This document shows, piece by piece, positions 33,654-43,615 of a stretch of DNA of 64,000 nucleotides (the stretch's first letter is position 1; every line of letters begins with the position of its first letter). The translations under genes and the position numbers were made by a program. The notes under the pieces are model-generated. The model did no database searches and was not told where the DNA came from. It saw nothing but the letters and a program-made list of their open reading frames with translations. Location of the stretch: positions 299,743-363,742 of the forward strand of contig CAVUVW010000027.1 of the NCBI GenBank assembly GCA_963745035.1, written 5' to 3'. Source of the stretch: an uncultured delta proteobacterium (GTDB lineage: Bacteria > Desulfobacterota > Binatia > UBA9968).

Positions 33654-34943
33654 TTGGAATCACGCAATCCCTCGACAGCTCCGGTGCATCTGCCTCCGAT
33701 CAGCAAGAAAGTTGCCTTCGCGGCGTTGAAACATCCGAGCTTCGGCTGGTTTTTTGTCACGACGATGCTGGCGATGATGGCGGACAACATCGAGCACGTG
33801 ATCAGCTACTGGATATTGTTTCAGAAGTTTCAATCCCCGGTGCTTGCCGGCTTTGCCGTGATCAGCCACTGGACTCCGTTTCTCTTGCTCTCGGTTTATT
33901 TCGGCGGCCTGGCGGACCGCTATGACTGCCGCAAACTCATTCAAATCGCTCAGGTGATGTATATGGCGGTGTCGGTGGCGTGGGCGGTGTTGTTCTTGAC
34001 CGATGCCATCGAAGTCTGGCACGCGTGCGTCTTACTTATTATTCACGGCGTCGCCGGCGTGTTTTGGACGCCGGCCGAGCAATTGATCGTCCATGACATC
34101 GTCGGCTCGGAGGATTTGGCGAGCGCCGTGCGGCTCAACGCCACCAGCCGCCAGCTCGGGATTCTTTTCGGTCCGGCTGTCGGCGGCGGCTTGATGTTGT
34201 GGTTCGGCGCGCCGACGGGACTGTTCGTCAATGCCCTGATTTATGCGCCGCTGACGATCTGGCTCATGCTCGTCCCTTATACAGGCCACACCCGTGAAGG
34301 CATGCCGCCGCGGCGCACGCTCCGTTGGCGCGACGCTTTCGACGTGCTTCGCGACATCGCCGATAACCGGCCGATCTTGACCATGATCACGCTCGGCGGT
34401 GCGGCTTCGCTCTTCGTCGGCAATGCATTTCATGCCAACATGCCGGAGTTTGCTCACGACCTCGGCACCGAGAAAGCCGACTTCGCTTACAGCGCGCTGC
34501 TCGCGGCCAATGCGGCGGGATCGGTGTTCGGCGGGTTCGTGCTCGACGTCAAGGCGTGGGTGCCGCCCACGGTGCGCTCGGCCATCACCTGCGCGATTCT
34601 CTGGTGCGTCATCATGACCGTTTTTGCTTTCTCCAACAGCTACCCATTGTCTCTCATACTTTTATTCGTCGCAGGAGCTTTGAACCTGGCATTTTATTCG
34701 ATTGCGCAGACGATCGTGCAACTGGAGGCGCCGGTGAATCTGCGTGGGCGCCTCATTGGCTTGTTTTCCATGTCAGCCTATGGACTGCGCGCCTTTAGTG
34801 GCCTGACCGTCGGCGTGGTCGGCGGCCTCATCGGCATTCACTGGTCTCTGGCGTTGAGCTCGATGATTTTGCTCGCCGTCACCATCGTCTTATTTGCCTT
34901 CACCTCGCAAACCCGGAGCGGAGAAGAGTTGGAAAGAAATTAG
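33654..34943 (+). CDS. MFS transporter (MFS_3/EntS-like), paralogue 1; start uncertain
   Basis: MMADNIEHVISYW, GGLADRYDCRK, SAVRLNATSRQLGILFGPAVGG, LRGRLIGLF. Confidence 0.86.
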   Translation: MESRNPSTAPVHLPPISKKVAFAALKHPSFGWFFVTTMLAMMADNIEHVISYWILFQKFQSPVLAGFAVISHWTPFLLLSVYFGGLADRYDCRKLIQIAQVMYMAVSVAWAVLFLTDAIEVWHACVLLIIHGVAGVFWTPAEQLIVHDIVGSEDLASAVRLNATSRQLGILFGPAVGGGLMLWFGAPTGLFVNALIYAPLTIWLMLVPYTGHTREGMPPRRTLRWRDAFDVLRDIADNRPILTMITLGGAASLFVGNAFHANMPEFAHDLGTEKADFAYSALLAANAAGSVFGGFVLDVKAWVPPTVRSAITCAILWCVIMTVFAFSNSYPLSLILLFVAGALNLAFYSIAQTIVQLEAPVNLRGRLIGLFSMSAYGLRAFSGLTVGVVGGLIGIHWSLALSSMILLAVTIVLFAFTSQTRSGEELERN

Positions 34944-35048
34944 CGCGCTGTGGCTGCAAGGCGCGAGGCGTGATTGCCCGCTGGTTTGCGTCGCTTTTCA
35001 AGATTCGTTACTGTCGCTGATTAATCCCCAATGCGTTCGGAATAAATA

Positions 35049-36330
35049 TTGGCTTCCAGCGGTACGCAATCACATGCGGCATCTGTCGCAAGCAAGAAAG
35101 TCGCTTTTGCGGCGCTCCATCACAAGGATTTTCGTCTGTACTTCGTCGGCACCATGCTGGCGATGATGGCGGACAATATCGAACATGTGATCAGCTACTG
35201 GCTGCTCTATCAAAAATTTCAATCGCCGACTCTTGCCGGATTCGCCGTGCTGTCGCACTGGACGCCGTTTCTTGCTGTTCTCCGTTTATTTCGGCGCGCT
35301 GGCGGACCGCTTCGACTGCCGCAAGGTCATCCAAGTCGCGCAAATCATGTACATGGGCGTGTCGGCGGCGTGGGCCTACTTGTTTTATACGGATACCATC
35401 GAAGTCTGGCATGCGTGCGTACTGCTCGTGGTTCACGGCATGGCCGGAGTGCTCTGGGGACCCGGGAGCCAACTGTTGATCCATGACATCGTCGGGACGG
35501 AACATCTTCAAAGCGCGGTGCGGCTCAATTCGACGAGCCGCCAGCTCGGGATTCTCTTCGGTCCGGCTGTCGGCGGCGGCATGATGCTTTTGCTCAGTCC
35601 ATCGGCGGGCCTGCTGGTCAATACCTTGATTTATTTGCCGCTTACCATTTGGCTGCTGACCGTGCCGTACACGGGGCATAGCCGCGAGGGTGCGCCGCCG
35701 GCGCGGCGGGCGCTCGGTTGGCGCGATGCAGTTGACGTCATCCGCGAAGTGTCCGGTAACCGGCCGATCATCACCATGGTTGCGCTTGCCGGCTGCGTGT
35801 CATTTTTCGTCGGCACGGCGTTTCAAGCGACGATGCCCGAGTTCGCGCACGATCTGGGCACGGAGCAGGCGGACTTCGCATACAGCGCGCTACTGGCTGC
35901 CAACGCGGCGGGCGCGGTTTTCGGCGGCTTTCTTTTGGAGGGCCGCGGTTGGTTGCCGCCGCGGGTCAGCACGGCGATGGTCAGTGCGATTCTCTGGTGT
36001 TTGGCGATCGCCGCCTTTGCGGTTTCCACCAGCTACTATTTGTCTCTGGCGCTGCTTTTTCTTGCCGGCGTGTTGAACCTGACCTTTTCTTCGATGGGAC
36101 AGACGATCGTGCAGCTTCTCTCACCGCCGCCGCTGCGCGGGCGTTTGATCGGATTGTTCTCCATGGCGAGCATGGGCCTCAAAGCCTTCAGCGGCGTCAC
36201 CGTGGGCGTGCTTGGCGGTCTGATCGGCGTGCACTGGTCGCTGGCTGCCAGCGCGCTGGTGTTGCTCGCCGTCACGGTTGTTCTGTTCGCCTTCGCCATA
36301 CCCGGTGAGAGGCGTGGGGAGTTCGGTTAG
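35049..36330 (+). CDS. MFS transporter, paralogue 2 (frameshift near 35270)
   Basis: Same motifs as paralogue 1, split over ORFs 35049..35486 and 35233..36330. Confidence 0.84.
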
Positions 36331-36376
36331 CGCGCCAGAGCTTCCTCCGATAACTTACGTTCCACATCGATTCTTA

Positions 36377-37667
36377 ATGACTCTAAATCCAAGTCCGGTG
36401 AAGATCGATACGGCGCCGAAGCGGGAAAGAAACCTCGCGTTCGCGGCGCTGCACCATCGGGACTATCGCCGCTATTTTTTCGTCCATTTCTTCTCCACTA
36501 TGGGCGACAATATCGAGCACGTCATCAGCTACTGGCTGCTGTTTCAGAAATTTCATTCGCCCGTGCTCGGCGGCTTTGCCGTCATCAGCCACTGGACGCC
36601 GTTCCTGTTTTTCGCCGTATATTTCGGTGCGCTCGCCGATCGGCACGATTGCCGCCGCATCATCCAAGCTTCGCAGTTGCTCTACGCCTCCGTCTCGCTG
36701 ACCTGGGGTATTCTGTTTCTCACGGACACGATCGAAATCTGGCACGCGTGCGTCTTGCTCGTCGTTGCACGGCATGGCGGGAGTGCTGGGCGGGCCGGGA
36801 GGCCAGCTGATCATCCACGACATCGTCGGCCGCGAGTATCTGCAGAGCGCGGTGCGGCTCAATTCCACGAGCCGGCATCTCGGAGTGCTCTTCGGTCCGG
36901 CAGTTGGCGGCGCGACCATGCTTCTATTCGGGGCGCCGGCGGGGCTCTTTCTCAATACGCTGATGTTCCTGCCGGCGGTGATCTATATGTTCTTCTTGCC
37001 GTACACCGGTCATGGACGCGACGAGGGGATGAGCGCACGCGCGCCACGCCTGACGTTTCGAGGCGCGCTCCAACTCATGCGCGAGACATCGGCCAATCCG
37101 ACGATTCTTTCCATGATCCTGCTCGGCGGTGCGACTTCGCTGCTGGTCGGAAATGCCTTTCAAGCGCAGATGCCCGAGTTCGCCCACGACTATGGGCATG
37201 ACCAGCAAGACGTCGCGTACAGCATGCTGCTCGGCGCCAACGCCGCGGGCGCCGTCGTCGGGGGTTTGCTCCTCGAAGGCGGAGGATTGCTGAAAGCCAA
37301 TCCGCGCAATGCGGCGATTTGCTCGATCCTGTGGTGCCTGCTCATCATCGCCTTCGCCGCATCGACAAGCTATCCGTTATCAGTCGCGCTGCTCTTCGGC
37401 GCGGGACTGCTCAATCTCGCTTTCTTGTCGATGGCGCAGACGTTGGTGCAGTTGCAAGCGCCGTCGCAGCTGCGCGGCCGGCTGATCGGCTTGTTCAATA
37501 TGTCGAACAATGGTCTCAAGGCGTTCAGCGGCGTGACCGTCGGCGTCGTCGGCGGTCTGATCGGGATTCACTGGTCGCTGGCGTTGAGCGCGATGATCCT
37601 GCTCGCGGTCACGGTAGCGCTGTTTGCGTTCGTGATACCGGGGCGGAGGGAAAGCACCGCCAGCTAG
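36377..37667 (+). CDS. MFS transporter, paralogue 3 (frameshift near 36765)
   Basis: MGDNIEHVISYW...; C-terminal part in ORF 36765..37667. Confidence 0.84.
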
Positions 37668-37800
37668 AAGATGTGCGAAGCTGAAATTGGCGAAGCAAGG
37701 ACGCGAAACAGATCGTTCACCACGAAGTGATTCATGAGCTACGCTCGTCACGGAGAATGAAAATGCGGGGGGTTTTCCTCGGTATGTTTTTTTCACGATT

Positions 37801-37828
37801 CGTCATTCCCGCGTCCGCGGGTATGACG
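37801..37828. repeat. Minimal palindrome of the CGTCATTCCCGC family
   Basis: CGTCATTCCCGCG TC CGCGGGTATGACG. Confidence 0.65.
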
Positions 37829-37903
37829 GAAAGCTGCGGTTCCTTAGCATATTCGCGGTTCTTCACTCTATGGATCATCACGCACGATGTTTCCGAAGGA
37901 GAA

Positions 37904-37969
37904 CGTGAAGGACACGAGAGAGTTTGAATTCAGTTTCGAAACTTCGCGTTCTTCGTGTGCTTCGTGGTT
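37904..37969. repeat. Inverted nonamer element (CACGAAG/CTTCGTG type)
   Basis: cgtgaaggacacgag ... ttcgaaa cttcgcgtt cttcgtgtg cttcgtggtt. Confidence 0.55.
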
Positions 37970-38099
37970 GATGGAATGGTCCGTAGGATTGTCGTTGCGT
38001 GAATTGCCGGTTCTTCCGACTGGCAGGCATTGTGCGCGTGGCGCGAATCAACCCGCCGCGTGACGCTGCATCGCGTCTTTGTCCTTGCCGCGGCGAAAT

Positions 38100-39026
38100 T
38101 CATTTTGCTTCAGAGAGTTGTAGCTTTGGAGCAATTGATTTTGTTCCGCCTCGCGAGATGCCGAGCTGCGGCCGGCGCACTTTGGCCGTCTCGATCAATC
38201 CTTCATGCTGCAAAACCACTTTGATGCGCGCGACAGCTTCGACGATGGGTTCGCTGAAGACCAATTCTTTGACGGATTCCAACTCCCGCTGAATTTCAGC
38301 GGCTCGCTCGAAATCTCCGGAGCGGCCGGCCAGGTCTAACGCGCCCCATTTCTCCGTCGCGACGTTGGCGACGCCGATGAGCGCGCCGTCGGCGCCCATC
38401 TTGTAGCTTTCGGCGACGAAGCGGTCGTTGCCCGTCAAGACACGCATTTCGGCTTGGTCGCGCTCGAGCGCCTGGACCGTGTCGCGAAAAAGATTGATGT
38501 CGAAGGACGCTTCCTTGAAGGCGGCGACGTTCTCGAGCCGGGCGATGCGGCAGATGGTTGCGGGATCGTAGTAGTAGCTTTTGACCGGGATTTGAAACAA
38601 CACTATGGGCAGCTTGGTTTCTTGCGCCAAATCCTCGAAGAAGCGTACCTTGAGATTGGGGTCGACCTGGCCCCACGCAAACAGCAAGGGCGGAAAGATC
38701 ATCACGCCGTCGACCGGAATATTCTCAAGATCGCGCATCAGGCTGACGGCTTCGTCGGTCGATTGGGGCGCGATGGTGGCGATGTGAACCTTGCCGGCCT
38801 CGCGAGCTACCTTGCCGGAAATCTCGTACACGCGGCGCTTTTCTTCCAGGCTGAGGACCGGGCTTTCACCGATGCGCGCGCAGGAGACCAGACCGGCGAC
38901 ACCGGGCAGGGATGCGAAGTGAGCGGTCAGACGCCGCAGACTTTCGACATCGACGGCGCCGGATTCATCAAATGGCGTCACATGAGGGATGAAAAGACCG
39001 CTGAAACGTTCGTGCAGCGTGGGCAT
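38100..39026 (-). CDS. DapA/NanA-like class I aldolase, non-canonical (true stop may be 38048 after an indel)
   Basis: VTPFDESGAVD, ARIGE in place of GTTGE, Schiff-base Lys in AAFKEAS, LTGND, GADGALIG. Confidence 0.85.
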   Translation of the reverse strand: MPTLHERFSGLFIPHVTPFDESGAVDVESLRRLTAHFASLPGVAGLVSCARIGESPVLSLEEKRRVYEISGKVAREAGKVHIATIAPQSTDEAVSLMRDLENIPVDGVMIFPPLLFAWGQVDPNLKVRFFEDLAQETKLPIVLFQIPVKSYYYDPATICRIARLENVAAFKEASFDINLFRDTVQALERDQAEMRVLTGNDRFVAESYKMGADGALIGVANVATEKWGALDLAGRSGDFERAAEIQRELESVKELVFSEPIVEAVARIKVVLQHEGLIETAKVRRPQLGISRGGTKSIAPKLQLSEAK

Positions 39027-39144
39027 GAGTCCTCCGGTTACGTGGTTGAAAAGGGCGCAGGCATAAGTAGAACAGATTGAATTGACAGGTCAAGCCAGTG
39101 GACGAGTCAGGTGGTTTCCTTGCTGAGCTGAGTCGGAGAACATA

Positions 39145-40707
39145 ATGAACGTCGTCATTTCAGGTGAAGAACTCGCGCGCCTCATGGCGTCCGATAAGCT
39201 TTACGCGGTCTTCGACGTGCGCGAGCGCGGCGAGTACAACGAATGTCAAATTCCCGGCACCACTTCGCTGCCGCGGAGCCAAATCGAATTTCGCGTCGCT
39301 GAACTGGTGCCCGACACCAGCGTTCCGGTGGTCGTCTACGATGAAGGCGGTGCGCGCGCGCCGTTGGCCGCGACCACGTTGCTGCGCCTAGACTATGAAA
39401 ACGTTTCGATACTCGACGGCGGCCTGGGCGCATGGCAAGGCGAAGGTCGGGCGACGGTGAGCGGCGTAAATGTGCCGAGCAAAGCTTTTGGCGAGCTAGT
39501 GCATCATGAGCGCGATATTCCCGACCTAACGGCGGAAGAACTCAAGACGCTCAGCGACCGCGCGGCGGAGCTCGTCATTCTCGATGTCCGCACGCCGGAG
39601 GAGTACGGCAGGTTTTGCATTCCCGGCGGTATGAACGTGCCGGGCGGGGACCTCATTCTTTGGGCCGAAGAATTGAAGCAGCGCAAGGATACAAGCATCG
39701 TCGTCAACTGCGCCGGCCGCACGCGCAGCATCATCGGCGCGGCTGCGCTGCGCCGCTTGGGATTGACCAATGTCCGCGCGCTTCGAAACGGTACCATGGG
39801 CTGGGTACTGGCCGGCTTCGAACTGGAACAAAAGCCCAAAAGAAGCATGCCGGCGGCGCCCGGTGCGCGTGGTGGAGCTGCGATGGCGCTCGCCCGGCGC
39901 ATAGCGGAGGAAGAAAAAATCTCGTGGCTTTCCTCTGAAAGTTTGGCGCATGTGGCTGAAACTAAAAGTATGAATTACGTCATCGACGTTCGTTCCGAAC
40001 CCGAGTATGCCGCTGGGCACATCCCCGGATCGATTCATGTTCCTGGCGGCCAGGCGGTCCAGCGCGCCGATGATTTTATCGTGGTGAGAAACGCGCCGAT
40101 TGTTTTCATCAGCAATGAAGGCGCGCGGGCGGTGATGGCTGCCTATTGGTACAAGGGAATGGGTTTCGCGGACGTTGCCGTTTTAGATGGTGGCGTGCGC
40201 GCCTGGCGGGAGAATGGTGAGCGGATGGAGGTCGGAGCGCGCGAAGCTCAACCTGCCGGATTTGAAGCCGCGCGTCGGCAGGTCCGGGCTATCGACGCCC
40301 GCACCCTCAGCGAAAAAATGCGCGATGCATCGCCTCTGCTTCTCGACGTGGGATCAAGCCTCGACTTCGAATCCGCCCATTTGCCCGGCGCTCGATGGAT
40401 CTCGCGCGGCTGGCTCGATCTCAAATTACCGGAAGTTTGCGCCGATCGAACGCAGCCGATCCTGGTGACTTGCCCGGACGGACGGCAATCGACACTCGCG
40501 GCGAAGACACTTGGAGAACTGGGGTACACGGATGTCTCAGTTCTAGATGGTGGAACGCGCGCCTGGTCTGCGGCGGGATTTTCTACCGAGCAAGGCGTGG
40601 ACGGCTGTTTGGTCGCGCGGAACGACGTGGTTTTGTCGCCTTCGATCCGCGGCACGAAGGAAGACATGCAGCGCTATTTGGACTGGGAATTGACGCTGCA
40701 CAAGTAA
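39145..40707 (+). CDS. Four-domain rhodanese-like sulfurtransferase (4RHOD type)
   Basis: Four DVR/DVG-type domains; SGVNVPSKAFGELV, VVNCAGRTRSIIG, LRNGTMGW.LAG, MQRYLDWE. Confidence 0.88.
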   Translation: MNVVISGEELARLMASDKLYAVFDVRERGEYNECQIPGTTSLPRSQIEFRVAELVPDTSVPVVVYDEGGARAPLAATTLLRLDYENVSILDGGLGAWQGEGRATVSGVNVPSKAFGELVHHERDIPDLTAEELKTLSDRAAELVILDVRTPEEYGRFCIPGGMNVPGGDLILWAEELKQRKDTSIVVNCAGRTRSIIGAAALRRLGLTNVRALRNGTMGWVLAGFELEQKPKRSMPAAPGARGGAAMALARRIAEEEKISWLSSESLAHVAETKSMNYVIDVRSEPEYAAGHIPGSIHVPGGQAVQRADDFIVVRNAPIVFISNEGARAVMAAYWYKGMGFADVAVLDGGVRAWRENGERMEVGAREAQPAGFEAARRQVRAIDARTLSEKMRDASPLLLDVGSSLDFESAHLPGARWISRGWLDLKLPEVCADRTQPILVTCPDGRQSTLAAKTLGELGYTDVSVLDGGTRAWSAAGFSTEQGVDGCLVARNDVVLSPSIRGTKEDMQRYLDWELTLHK

Positions 40708-40744
40708 TTGTTGTTATCTGAGGCCATCGCGCAGTGGAAAACAG

Positions 40745-40776
40745 CCCTCACCTCTGTCCTCTCCCAGAGGGCGAGG
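40745..40776. repeat. CCCTCACC-CCTCTCCC-GAGG palindromic repeat
   Basis: CCCTCACCTCTGTCCTCTCCCAGAGGGCGAGG; inverse-orientation relative at 62767-62802. Confidence 0.65.
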
Positions 40777-40826
40777 AAGTAAGAGAGAAGTAAAGGCGAC
40801 TACCAAAGTAAGTTAGCAGCTAACGC

Positions 40827-41393
40827 TCAACAGTTGTCGTACTTGGGGCTGGCAAAAGTCTTCACGGTTCTGGCGGCGGTGTCAAAGCGTAGGCGCGGCA
40901 TGTCGGTGAGATCTTTGCCGTAAACGTGAATTTCCACTGTGTCGCGATCGGTGACGTTGTTCATTTCATGGATGTCATCGTTCGGCGCGACCAGGCAAGA
41001 AACCATTCCTGCTTTGTTCTTCAGCACGCCGATTGTTTCGAGATCGGCGTAGCCCTCTTTCGTGCCGTCGTCGCGGCGCCGGAAACGGGTTTCCTGGATC
41101 TCATTCTCGACAACGCCGACCATACCCCAGGTGTCGTGGTTGTGCGCTTTCGCGTTGTCGCCGGGACCCCAGACCACCGAAGAGATATTGAACAGCGGCG
41201 CGCGGTGCAGCATGTAGCGGCCGTAAGCGTTAGTCCCGCGCCTTCGGTATTTCGCGTCGATGCAGCCGGGTTGCCGGATGAGCTTGGCGAGCAGAGGCTT
41301 CGCCGCGGCGACGATTTTCTCCTGGGATGTTTCGCTTCGCGTGATCCGATCGAGATCGTCGATAAAATCTTGCAATGAGTAGTCAACGGCCAT
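40827..41393 (-). CDS. Cysteine/thiol dioxygenase family cupin
   Basis: YGRYMLH, VVWGPG..AHNHDTWG, DDIHEMNN, EIHVYG (3-His metal site). Confidence 0.85.
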   Translation of the reverse strand: MAVDYSLQDFIDDLDRITRSETSQEKIVAAAKPLLAKLIRQPGCIDAKYRRRGTNAYGRYMLHRAPLFNISSVVWGPGDNAKAHNHDTWGMVGVVENEIQETRFRRRDDGTKEGYADLETIGVLKNKAGMVSCLVAPNDDIHEMNNVTDRDTVEIHVYGKDLTDMPRLRFDTAARTVKTFASPKYDNC

Positions 41394-41459
41394 TTCGAAT
41401 TTCTTACCACGAAGATTCATGAGCTTATACTGGCCCACAGATGTTGAAAACGTCCGGAT

Positions 41460-41528
41460 AGATTCCTCACATCCGTTCGGAATGACAACACTACTAGACG
41501 CCTGTCATTCGAACGAAGTGAAAAATCT
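41460..41528. repeat. Palindromic element of the GTCATTCC/GGAATGAC family
   Basis: AGATTCCTCACATCCGTTCGGAATGAC ... GTCATTCGAACGAAGTGAAAAATCT. Confidence 0.72.
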
Positions 41529-41566
41529 TTCTTACTGTCATTTTCCAGGAGACGCGGTGGTCAAAA

Positions 41567-41595
41567 GTAGGGGCGGGTTTGAAACCCGCCCCTAC
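41567..41595. repeat. GTAG-family REP palindrome
   Basis: Identical to 21918-21946. Confidence 0.88.
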
Positions 41596-41623
41596 AATTT
41601 CCTTCTGCTCTGCGATGAAAGTC

Positions 41624-42677
41624 TTACGCAGCTTGTTTTTGCACCCGCGGCAACTTTGAGGCGTCAATATTGTAGAGTCTCGACACGTTATCGCAGACCA
41701 CCTTGCGCTGCGTTTCGGGTGGAAGGTGGCCGAGGTCGCGCTGAATGATTTTCAGCGAGTTGGGCCAGGTCGAGTTCGGATGCGGGAAATCGTTCGACCA
41801 CATGATGTTGTCTTCGCCCCAGTATCTGAGATTCTCGCCGCAGACATGGTCGTTGAAAAAGCAGGCGTAGATCTGGTCTTTGACGAAGCTGCTCGGATTG
41901 CGCGTAATCGGCGGCGGGATTTTGTTTCTTGAAGCGATTGTAATAGTAGTCCCACTGCTGAAACATCCAGGGCATCCAGCCGCTTTCATTCTCCACCGAC
42001 ACGATTTTGAGCTTCGGGTATTTTTCCAGAATGCCGTAATGAATGATCTCGAAAAGCGCGTTGGCGATATCCATCAATTTGAGATTGACGCTGCCGCGAT
42101 AGCGCTCCACGCCTTTGCGGTTCTTGTCTTTGTTGTAGCTGTGGCCGGTTAGAATATGCAGGCTCACTGGAGTGTCGAGATCCTGGCAAGCCGCCCAGAA
42201 CTTGTCGTAGTGGTTCGAGCGGAAGGGCAGGTCAGCGTGAGGCGCCTGCCAGATGATCGCGCCTTTGAGTCCGGCTTTATGACAACGCTCCAATTCCTTG
42301 ACGCCGTTGTCGATGTTGTAGACCGGAATGGCCGGTATGCCGATCAAGCGGTCGGTGTTGACGCTGCAGTAGTCGATCAGCCAGTCGTTGTAGGCGCGAA
42401 AGCAAGCTTCCTGAAGTCCGGCGTCGTCGATGGCGAAAAGATCGAGGCCCAAGGTCGGATAGAGGACTTCCGCGCTGAGGCCGTCGGCTTCCATCTCTTT
42501 CATTCTCGCGTTCGGGTCCCAGCCGCCGGCGTGCTGCTGGAAGCCTTCGCCGACCTGATGCGGCGGAAAGACCGGCGCCACGTCCCGGTATTTCTCCGCC
42601 ACGCCTTTTTTCCAAAGATCCACGGGCTCCATGACGTGAGAGTCCGATGAAATGATGAGATCGCTTGCTATGGCCAT
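41624..42677 (-). CDS. Amidohydrolase_2 family protein (frameshift near 41925)
   Basis: ISSDSHVMEP, RAYNDWL, PVSLHI, VSVENESGW, IMWSNDFPHPNSTWPNS. Confidence 0.86.
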
Positions 42678-42765
42678 TGGGTTGTCCTCCTATGTGAGGT
42701 GATGGTTAGAAACCATGAACTTTCATTCAACTTAGTCGAAGTTCGGCTGTTGTGTCAATCCAGAC

Positions 42766-42837
42766 TCACCGCAGAGCCGCGGAGTACGCCGAGATGAGAT
42801 CTTCGAACTCTGCATGAGCTCTGAGTCTCTGCGGTGA
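42766..42837. repeat. Inverted nonamer element (CGCAGAG/CTCTGCG type)
   Basis: Perfect 11-bp termini TCACCGCAGAG / CTCTGCGGTGA. Confidence 0.72.
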
Positions 42838-42853
42838 AATGTCTTCTAACTGC

Positions 42854-43495
42854 TCATCCGGCTTTTCGCCAGACGGAGGCGAGCCAAGGTTGTTGGTCGC
42901 GCGGCAGACCGGGCGGACGGTAATAGTGTGTGATTTCCACAAATCCCGCCGTGATGACCAGCTCGCGCCAAGTGTCCCAATCGTAGTAGCAGCCATAACG
43001 CTGGCCGTTCCAGCCTTCTTCATTCCCGCCGCGCGGGTTCGAGCTAAAGAGCACGCCGCCGGGCTTTAACGATGCCCACAACTCGCGGAGGACGCGCGGG
43101 AGCTCTTGGCCGGGCACGTGAAACAGTGACGCGTTGGCAAATATGCCGTCGAAGAATTCGTTCGGCAATTTGAGTTCCAGAAAGTCCTGAAGCCAGACCT
43201 CGCAGCCGCTGTAGGCGCGGGCCAATTCGACGAATCTTTCCGCGCCCTCGAGTCCGATCGCTTCATGGCCCAAGTCGCGAAATATTTTCAGATCGCGGCC
43301 GGGGCCGCAGCCGAAGTCGAGTATTCGAAACGGACCCGGACCGCGTAGATGTAGATATTGAAGCAGCGCATCCCGATTTTGACTCACATCATGGTCGCGC
43401 GTGCCTTCCCAAAAACTATCGGCATGCTCGTTGTAGTGCTCAAGAGTAACCGTCGAAGTACGGCGAAGATCGTCCGGTGATAGTGGTTTTGACAT
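42854..43495 (-). CDS. Class I SAM-dependent methyltransferase
   Basis: ILDFGCGPGRDL, FDGIFANASLFHVP, LKPGGVLFSSNPRG, YYRPPGLPRDQQPWLASVWR. Confidence 0.9.
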   Translation of the reverse strand: MSKPLSPDDLRRTSTVTLEHYNEHADSFWEGTRDHDVSQNRDALLQYLHLRGPGPFRILDFGCGPGRDLKIFRDLGHEAIGLEGAERFVELARAYSGCEVWLQDFLELKLPNEFFDGIFANASLFHVPGQELPRVLRELWASLKPGGVLFSSNPRGGNEEGWNGQRYGCYYDWDTWRELVITAGFVEITHYYRPPGLPRDQQPWLASVWRKAG

Positions 43496-43615
43496 CGAAT
43501 GGTCTGCTTTCGCGTCATCATGGCAAGAGCCGCATGCCGATGCAATGAAACCCTTAGTGAGTTCCTGGAACACAGACGAGAAAAAGGAGAAGGAGACCGG
43601 GAGACGAGTGAGAGA

